From NCBI RefSeq assembly GCF_009817885.1, contig NZ_CP041764.1, positions 4,436,834-4,460,833 on the forward strand: a DNA stretch of 24,000 nt, written 5' to 3'. Origin of the DNA: Serratia rhizosphaerae (GTDB lineage Bacteria; Pseudomonadota; Gammaproteobacteria; Enterobacterales; Enterobacteriaceae). The notes under the pieces were generated by a model, which saw only the letters and a list, made by a program, of their open reading frames with translations, was not told the origin of the DNA and did not search any database. Shown here in pieces: positions 17,530 through 24,000 of the stretch; the first letter of the stretch is position 1, and every line of letters begins with the position of its first letter. The position numbers and the translations under genes are program-made.

Positions 17530-17733
17530 GGGGTTGATGACAAAATCGTCTGATGGCCCGAGATATACGGGCCTAGCGTAACGAGGGGCATTATGGGACG
17601 CATCCCTGCGTCCCACCCTACGGGCCAACCTGTCGGTTGTTCAAATTTGCTCCCGGCAAATTTGTCCGGCGGCTTACGCCGCTACGACCCCATCGCCACG
17701 CTCTCCCTAATAACTAACTTTGTCAGCACTCTG
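17530..17733. mobile_element. MITE-like / REP-cluster-like non-coding insertion of 204 bp
   Basis: Bounded by 20-nt direct repeats. An imperfect terminal inverted repeat, TGATGACAAA (17535-17544) and TTTGTCAGCA (17719-17728), matches at 9 of 10 positions, and each arm sits 5 nt inside a direct repeat. Internal hairpins are GGCCCG/CGGGCC (17555-17573), GGGACGCA/TGCGTCCC (17595-17614), CAAATTTGC/GCAAATTTG (17642-17664) and GCGGC/GCCGC (17669-17682). It has no credible ORF. Confidence 0.45.
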
Positions 17734-17753
17734 AAGGGGCGCTATCGCCCCTT
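17734..17753. terminator. Terminator hairpin, copy 2 (T-run on its right, no A-run on its left)
   Basis: AAGGGGCG-ctat-CGCCCCTT followed by ttgc, so the stem end plus flank reads CCCCTTTT. It lies 24 nt from the yeaD stop. Confidence 0.6.
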
Positions 17754-17777
17754 TTGCTTATCTGTCGTACCTGCGGG

Positions 17778-18653
17778 TCAGGCGTCTTTGCGGCAGCGGA
17801 AGGTGACCGCCAGACGGGCCGGTTGTTCCCCCTGCGCCCGCAGCGGCTTGCTGAGCCGTCCGGTTTCAACGCACACCATGGTCTTGTAGCCGTCGTTGGC
17901 CATATCCGCCATGCTGCAGGAGAGTTCTGCCCCCGGATTCCAGGCGATCACATCGCTCATATGATGGTGTTGGACTTCAATCGTGCGCTGCAGCGCTGGA
18001 TCTCTGATCAGGCTGCAGGCCGCCGGCTGGGTGTAAATCCGGTCGGTCTGGCCGCTGAAGGTCACCTCGCCGCTCTGGCGGGCTTCGGCACCGTTTGCCA
18101 CTTTATCCAGATAGGTTTCCCCGAGCCCGGCAACGCTGACTCTGGCGATATCGCCGATTTGGAAGTAGCTGTGCAGCGCCGCGGTGGCCTGATAGTCACC
18201 GTGAGACTCTAGCTCGATCTCACAACTTTCCCCCAGCTTGAAGCGGGCGATTAGCGTAAAGGCGTGCGGCCACAGCTTGCGGGTCTGTTCGTTATCCTGC
18301 AGCGTAAAAGTGAGGATGACGCCATCCTGATCTTCGTCATGTGCGGTCAGGCGCCAGGGTTGATTACGCGCAAAGCCGTGCGAAGGCTTGCCGGCCGGGC
18401 CAAACCATGGCCAGCAGATCGGTACGCCGCCGCGGATGGCGCTGCCGGTTTTAAACGGGGTGTTCTCGCTGAGCCAGATGACCGGCCGTTCGCCGCTCGG
18501 CTGCCAGCTGATTAAATGCGCGCCTTGCAGCGTCACCGCCGCGCGGACTTTGGGGTGAGACACCACCACGACGCTTAACGCGTCCAGCTGTCGCTGACTG
18601 ATATACGGAGAAATCTGTTTGCTGATGGGCAGGGTGAAAACTTTTTCGTTCAT
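17778..18653 (-). CDS. yeaD: Glucose-6-phosphate 1-epimerase (aldose 1-epimerase family) YeaD
   Basis: 291 aa. LQGAHLISWQP, IRGGVPICWPWFGP, HGFARNQPW, ALHSYFQIGDIARVSV and DGYKTMVCVET match E. coli YeaD. It lies downstream of gapA as in E. coli. Confidence 0.93.
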   Translation of the reverse strand: MNEKVFTLPISKQISPYISQRQLDALSVVVVSHPKVRAAVTLQGAHLISWQPSGERPVIWLSENTPFKTGSAIRGGVPICWPWFGPAGKPSHGFARNQPWRLTAHDEDQDGVILTFTLQDNEQTRKLWPHAFTLIARFKLGESCEIELESHGDYQATAALHSYFQIGDIARVSVAGLGETYLDKVANGAEARQSGEVTFSGQTDRIYTQPAACSLIRDPALQRTIEVQHHHMSDVIAWNPGAELSCSMADMANDGYKTMVCVETGRLSKPLRAQGEQPARLAVTFRCRKDA

Positions 18654-18706
18654 CGCGTCACCTTATCTATCGCCATATACTCTTGCTGAGCAGGGGAGAA
18701 AAACCA

Positions 18707-18735
18707 ATAAAAAAGGGCGACATCAATGTCGCCCT
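18707..18735 (-). terminator. gapA rho-independent terminator
   Basis: The minus strand reads AGGGCGACA-ttga-TGTCGCCCT followed by TTTTTTATT: a 9-bp stem 25 nt after the gapA stop. Confidence 0.9.
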
Positions 18736-18760
18736 CATTAATCAGCTGTACATCACGCCA

Positions 18761-19768
<1,008 letters not shown>

Positions 19769-19962
19769 CTATTTGTTAGTGAATAAAAGGTTGGTTGTAA
19801 AATTACAAAAACCTTACCCAGCGTCAAGCGGAATCGTGTCAATTCTTGCGGCAAGTCAAAGCGGAAAGCTGAGTTTGCACGCTTATTGTACATTCCGTTT
19901 GCGTTCGGCCTCATTAGGCAAATGGGGGCAAACCGCTGAGTTTTAAAGAGCGCTCGGGTCAG

Positions 19963-19984
19963 ATATGTGATCACTGTCACATAA
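19963..19984. promoter_or_regulatory. Consensus CRP site in the divergent gapA-msrB control region
   Basis: ataTGTGAtcactgTCACAtaa has perfect TGTGA-N6-TCACA half-sites, and the palindrome extends to ATGTGA...TCACAT. Confidence 0.75.
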
Positions 19985-20105
19985 CGCCCTGGCGTAGACT
20001 TTATGCGCTACAGTTTAGGCTAAAAAGGCCTGCAGCGCTGTTAATTTTTTGTTATCATTAATCATTGTTTTCGTTGACATTATCCATATTTCGGGAATCG
20101 CATCT

Positions 20106-20519
20106 ATGAGCAAAGATCACGCCCCCCACACCCCGGTCACGGAACTGAATGAAATACAACGTTATGTGACCCAGGAACACGGTACGGAAGCGCCGTATTC
20201 CGGCAAATTGCTGCAGAACAAACGCGATGGTCTCTACCACTGCCTCTGCTGTAATGCGCCGCTGTTTTATTCCGAAAGCAAGTATGACTCCGGCTGCGGC
20301 TGGCCAAGTTTCTATGAGCCGGTGTCCGACGACGCCATCCGCTATCTTGATGATAATTCACATAATATGCAGCGAGTTGAGATTCGCTGCGGTAACTGTG
20401 ATGCGCACCTGGGCCACGTGTTCCCCGACGGCCCGCAGCCGACCGGCGAGCGTTATTGCGTTAACTCCGCCTCGCTGAGTTTTACCGACGCGGCCAACGG
20501 CGAGAAGACGGCAGGCTGA
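20106..20519 (+). CDS. msrB: Peptide-methionine (R)-S-oxide reductase MsrB
   Basis: ORF 20049..20519 trimmed to the ATG at 20106, giving 137 aa as in E. coli. Zn-binding CxxC pairs are CLCCNAPLF and [12 protein letters not shown]. The catalytic motif is [11 protein letters not shown]. Confidence 0.95.
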   Translation: MSKDHAPHTPVTELNEIQRYVTQEHGTEAPYSGKLLQNKRDGLYHCLCCNAPLFYSESKYDSGCGWPSFYEPVSDDAIRYLDDNSHNMQRVEIRCGNCDAHLGHVFPDGPQPTGERYCVNSASLSFTDAANGEKTAG

Positions 20520-20587
20520 GCGAATTTTTTAGAAAAATCGATTCAGCTATTATTCAACGGCAGTAGGAATAGTGAAGGACGGCCCTG

Positions 20588-20860
20588 ATGGACGTGAAGG
20601 ATTTGGTTGCGGCGATGACGCCGGAGATTTACCAGCGCCTGGCGCAGGCGGTTGAGCTGGGTAAATGGCCGGACGGCGTGGCGCTGACGCCGGAACAGAA
20701 AGAAAACAGCCTGCAGGCGGTGATGTTGTGGCAGGCAATGCATAACCACGATCCGCAACATATGAGCATCGGCACCGACGGTCAGATCGTGATGAAGAGC
20801 AAGCAAGAGTTGAAGCAGCAGTTCGCCGCAGAGCCGCTGATTAAGCTGAAACCGCAGTAA
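20588..20860 (+). CDS. yeaC: DUF1315 protein YeaC
   Basis: 90 aa. PEIYQRLAQAVELGKWPDGVALTPEQKENSLQAVMLWQA closely matches E. coli YeaC. SD AAGGA. Confidence 0.9.
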   Translation: MDVKDLVAAMTPEIYQRLAQAVELGKWPDGVALTPEQKENSLQAVMLWQAMHNHDPQHMSIGTDGQIVMKSKQELKQQFAAEPLIKLKPQ

Positions 20861-20883
20861 GCGGCGGGCAGGGCGCAGTGTGC

Positions 20884-20910
20884 AAACGGGCGATGTCAGA
20901 TCGCCCGTTT
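20884..20910. terminator. Bidirectional terminator between convergent yeaC and pncA
   Basis: AAACGGGCGAT-gtcag-ATCGCCCGTTT: an 11-bp stem with A and T runs built into the stem ends. Confidence 0.8.
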
Positions 20911-20915
20911 GTCGT

Positions 20916-21548
20916 TTAGCGCTGCAGAAATTGTGACAAGGTCACTAATTGCGCGCCGGCCTGCTGCATTGCCTGCAGCGCCCGGTCGCTGTCATCGGGC
21001 TGCAGGTTGACGCCGCGGCAGCCGTCGCTAATGACCTGAACGGCGTAACCCAGCTGCAGGGCGTCCAGCACGCTGAACTTTACGCAGTAGTCGGTTGCCA
21101 GCCCCATGATCGTCAGCGTGCTGACGTTTCGTTGTTGCAGCCAATCATCCAGCGCGGTTTTTGCTCGGTGGCCGTTATCAAAAAACGCGCTGTAGCTGTC
21201 GATGGCCGGATCCTGCCCCTTGCGAAATACCGCATCGATTTGCCGCTGCTGCAGGCGCGGATGAAATTCAGCGCCGGCGCTTTCCTGGACGCAGTGCACC
21301 GGCCACCAGACCTGCGGCAATCCTTCCAGCTCACCCAACTCGCCGATTTTCCCTGATGAGTTAACGGCAAAACTGCGATGCTGCGCCGGGTGCCAGTCCT
21401 GGCTGGCAACCACCCAGTCGCCGCGGTCGTGGCTGGCGGCGATCGCCTGGTTGGCCACCGCGATGACGGCATCGCCATCTGTGACCGCCAATGCGCCGCC
21501 GGGGCAGAAGTCGTTTTGCAAATCAATCAATAACAGGGCGCTGTTCAT
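20916..21548 (-). CDS. pncA: Nicotinamidase / pyrazinamidase PncA
   Basis: 210 aa. LLLIDLQNDFCPGGALAV, ASQDWHP, and GLATDYCVKFSVLDALQLGY containing the catalytic Cys. It lies 16 nt downstream of ansA, so they probably form an operon. Confidence 0.94.
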   Translation of the reverse strand: MNSALLLIDLQNDFCPGGALAVTDGDAVIAVANQAIAASHDRGDWVVASQDWHPAQHRSFAVNSSGKIGELGELEGLPQVWWPVHCVQESAGAEFHPRLQQRQIDAVFRKGQDPAIDSYSAFFDNGHRAKTALDDWLQQRNVSTLTIMGLATDYCVKFSVLDALQLGYAVQVISDGCRGVNLQPDDSDRALQAMQQAGAQLVTLSQFLQR

Positions 21549-21564
21549 CGTCTCTCCCGGTGTT

Positions 21565-22581
21565 TTAGCCCGCGGCGCTCAGTTCGCCGCGCAAATCTTG
21601 CTGCATCTGCTGGCGGATCTCGGCGGGCGTCAGCGGCAGGCTCAGCAGATAGTGCAGTTTTGTCAGCGCGGCTTCGACGGTCATATCAAAACCGCTGATG
21701 ACGCCGGCATGCGCCAGCGCGTTGCCGGTGGCGTAGCCGCCCATATTCACCCGCCCGGACATGCACTGGGTGAGGTTGACCACCACGATGCCACGTTCGG
21801 ACGCGGCGCGCAGTTCATCGACCAGTTCCGCTTTTTGCGGCGCGTTGCCAACGCCGTAGGAGCGTAAAATCAGCGCCTTGACCGGCTGCAGCAGGAAATT
21901 GCGCACCACCGCGCCGGAGATGCCAGGGTAAATGGTCACCACGCCGATCGGCTGCGGCGTAATATTGTGCACCTTCAGCTCACCATGACAGGCCGGCGAC
22001 GCAATGCCGCTTTGACGGCGGATGTGGATACCGGCTTCCAGCAGCGGCGGCAGGTTGGGCGAGGCGAAGGCGTCAAAGCCGTCGGCATGCGCCTTGGTGG
22101 TGCGGTTGCCGCGGAACAGTTTGTTGTTGAAGAACAGGCTGACTTCATTCACCGGATGGTTGGCGGCCAGATACAGCGCGTTCAGCAGGTTGGTTTGCCC
22201 GTCGGAGCGCAGTTCCGCTAACGGGATTTGTGACCCTGTCACAATGACCGGCTTATCCAGATTCTCCAGCATAAAGGAGAGCGCGGAAGCGGTGAACGCC
22301 ATGGTGTCGGTGCCATGCAGGATCACAAAGCCGTCGTAACGGTGATAGTTATCTTTAATATCGTCGGCGATATGCTGCCAGTCTTCCGGGGTCATATCGG
22401 AGGAGTCGATCAGGGGCGCATATTCATGAATGGTGAAGTCAGGCATTTCCGGGCGATGGAACTCTGGCATCAGCGCCAGCTGGCGCTGTAAGTGGCCAGA
22501 GGCGGGGATATAGCCCTGTTCGGAACGCTGCATACCGATGGTGCCGCCGGTATAGGCGACGTAAATGGATTTTTTTTGCAT
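21565..22581 (-). CDS. ansA: Cytoplasmic L-asparaginase I
   Basis: 338 aa. MQKKSIYVAYTGGTIGMQRSEQGYIP, ILHGTDTM and other blocks are near-identical to E. coli AnsA. A TATAAT hexamer lies on the minus strand at 22620-22615. Confidence 0.96.
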   Translation of the reverse strand: MQKKSIYVAYTGGTIGMQRSEQGYIPASGHLQRQLALMPEFHRPEMPDFTIHEYAPLIDSSDMTPEDWQHIADDIKDNYHRYDGFVILHGTDTMAFTASALSFMLENLDKPVIVTGSQIPLAELRSDGQTNLLNALYLAANHPVNEVSLFFNNKLFRGNRTTKAHADGFDAFASPNLPPLLEAGIHIRRQSGIASPACHGELKVHNITPQPIGVVTIYPGISGAVVRNFLLQPVKALILRSYGVGNAPQKAELVDELRAASERGIVVVNLTQCMSGRVNMGGYATGNALAHAGVISGFDMTVEAALTKLHYLLSLPLTPAEIRQQMQQDLRGELSAAG

Positions 22582-22635
22582 GGCAGGGAATCGGTAGAGA
22601 ATAAGATGGGCTGAATTATAGGACGATAAATCCAG

Positions 22636-22662
22636 AAAAAAAGCCCGGCGTTGCGCCGGGCT
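22636..22662 (-). terminator. sppA rho-independent terminator
   Basis: The minus strand reads AGCCCGGCG-caa-CGCCGGGCT followed by TTTTTTT, 14 nt after the sppA stop. Confidence 0.9.
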
Positions 22663-22675
22663 GAAGATTAATGAC

Positions 22676-24000
22676 TTATCGGACTTCGCCGCAGGTCAGA
22701 CAAATGGCGTAGCGGTTCTGCGGATCGTTCATGTTATTGAACAAACCCGGCTGCTCTTTCATCGCCATTGCCACCGAGGCCAGCGGCGCCGGCAGCATGG
22801 ATTGGAGGGCGGCAGGCAGCATGGCGTGGATGGAGACACCAAATTGGCTGAGCACCATATCCGCCATGCTCGGCGAGTCAACAAACCAGTTCAGCTGCCA
22901 CTGTTTCAGCTTGGCCAGTTCGGCGGCTTTTTTCACCGCGTCATCGAAGTCGCCCAGTTGATCGACCAGACCGTTGGTTTTGGCGTCGCTGCCGGTCCAG
23001 ACGTGACCCTGCGCGATTTTATCCACTTGTTCCGGCGTCATTTTACGCGAGTCCGCCACCAGGCCGATAAAGCGCTTGTAGCCGTTCTCGATATTGAGCT
23101 GCATCATCTGTGCAAACTCCGGCGGCAGCGCTTTGGTCACCGCCAGATCGGCCAGCGGCGAGGTCGCCACGCCATCGGTGTGCACGCCGATGCTGCCCAG
23201 CGTGTCCTGATAGGTATTGATCACGCCGAAGATGCCGATCGAGCCGGTCAGCGTGCTCGGGCTGGCGATAATGTAGTTCGCCGGCGTAGAGATCCAGTAA
23301 CCGCCGGAGGCCGCCATGCCGCCCATTGAGACCACCACCGGTTTGCCGGCGGCGCGGGCGGCCGCCAGTTCGGAGCGGATCACCTCGGAAGCGCTGACGC
23401 TGCCGCCCGGGCTGTTAACCCGCAGTACGATGGCTTTCACTTTCGGGTCCAGACGCGCCTGGCGCAGTTCCGCAGCGGTGGTGTCGCCGCCGACCGTGCC
23501 CGGCGTCTGCTGGCCGTCCATGATGGCGCCGCTGGCGAATACCACGGCGATCTGGCCGCCCTGTTCCGGCGTTGGCGTCGGTTGATAGTCGTAAATGCTG
23601 ATAGCGTTGAAATCGTTGGTCTGTTTGTTCCAGCCAAAGGCCTTGACCAGCTGATTTTCCATCACGGTGCGTGAAGCCAGCTCATCCACCAGTTTGTTGT
23701 CGAGCGCATATTTGGCGGTGTCACCCTGAGCGGCCTGTAAACCGCTGAGAACGCCGGCGGCGCCGGGGAACAGCTGCTGCGGCGTGATTTGGCGGTTGGC
23801 TGCCACGGTGTCCAGGTAGTTCTGCCACAGGTTGCCTATCCAGCGGCTGTCCGCCTCGCGTGCGGCCGGCGACATATCGTCGCGCAGCAGCGGTTCGACC
23901 GCCGATTTATAGGTGCCGACGCGGAAGATATTGGTGCTGACCTTCAGTTTGTCGAGCAGGGTTTTGTAATACAGGTTGTGGGTGGCAAACCCGTGCAGGT
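22676..24000 (-). CDS. sppA: Signal peptide peptidase A (protease IV, S49), C-terminal about 440 codons; 5' end runs off the right window edge
   Basis: The track ORF starts at an internal Met (23875), but the frame stays open to position 24000 ([50 protein letters not shown]), matching internal E. coli SppA sequence. The S49 nucleophile region is [12 protein letters not shown]. Confidence 0.94.
   Translation of the reverse strand, partial: LHGFATHNLYYKTLLDKLKVSTNIFRVGTYKSAVEPLLRDDMSPAAREADSRWIGNLWQNYLDTVAANRQITPQQLFPGAAGVLSGLQAAQGDTAKYALDNKLVDELASRTVMENQLVKAFGWNKQTNDFNAISIYDYQPTPTPEQGGQIAVVFASGAIMDGQQTPGTVGGDTTAAELRQARLDPKVKAIVLRVNSPGGSVSASEVIRSELAAARAAGKPVVVSMGGMAASGGYWISTPANYIIASPSTLTGSIGIFGVINTYQDTLGSIGVHTDGVATSPLADLAVTKALPPEFAQMMQLNIENGYKRFIGLVADSRKMTPEQVDKIAQGHVWTGSDAKTNGLVDQLGDFDDAVKKAAELAKLKQWQLNWFVDSPSMADMVLSQFGVSIHAMLPAALQSMLPAPLASVAMAMKEQPGLFNNMNDPQNRYAICLTCGEVR

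Noticed and set aside
17593-17889. 98-aa ORF starting inside the MITE-like element and running into yeaD
   Set aside because: It reads through stacked hairpins and the terminator copy, then runs antisense into yeaD. It is an artefact of the repeat.

Overview
GC-rich chromosomal window from an Enterobacterales genome. Gene content and repeat style look Serratia-like, but I cannot verify that here. Most of it is conserved housekeeping DNA. In order: dsbB (partial), nhaB, fadR, ycgB, dadA-dadX, a roughly 5 kb variable block, yeaH-yeaG, mipA, yeaD, gapA, msrB, yeaC, pncA-ansA and sppA (partial). The variable block holds an MFS efflux pump, a stand-alone DEDDh exonuclease, a small membrane protein, a Fur-boxed FhuA-type TonB receptor, a second small membrane protein and yqaE. 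I found no rRNA, tRNA, CRISPR array, transposase, integrase or recognisable multi-gene defence, toxin or secretion island, and I do not claim a new system. The observations most worth a second look are listed here. (1) A 204-bp hairpin-rich, MITE-like insertion appears to have split and duplicated the mipA/yeaD bidirectional terminator. (2) All three parts of the poorly understood YeaG(PrkA)-YeaH-YcgB(SpoVR) module lie in one 13 kb stretch, and a near-consensus sigma-54 promoter precedes yeaG with no canonical NtrC site visible. (3) The variable block between dadX and yeaH sits where two loci that are distant in E. coli are joined here, and includes an orphan phage-type exonuclease and unannotated small membrane proteins. 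(4) Several intergenic palindromes are unexplained. The long ORFs antisense to nhaB, ycgB, the receptor, yeaG and gapA are treated as GC and codon-bias artefacts. ORF-track coordinates include stop codons and allow GTG/TTG starts. I trimmed several N-termini to the homology-supported start.
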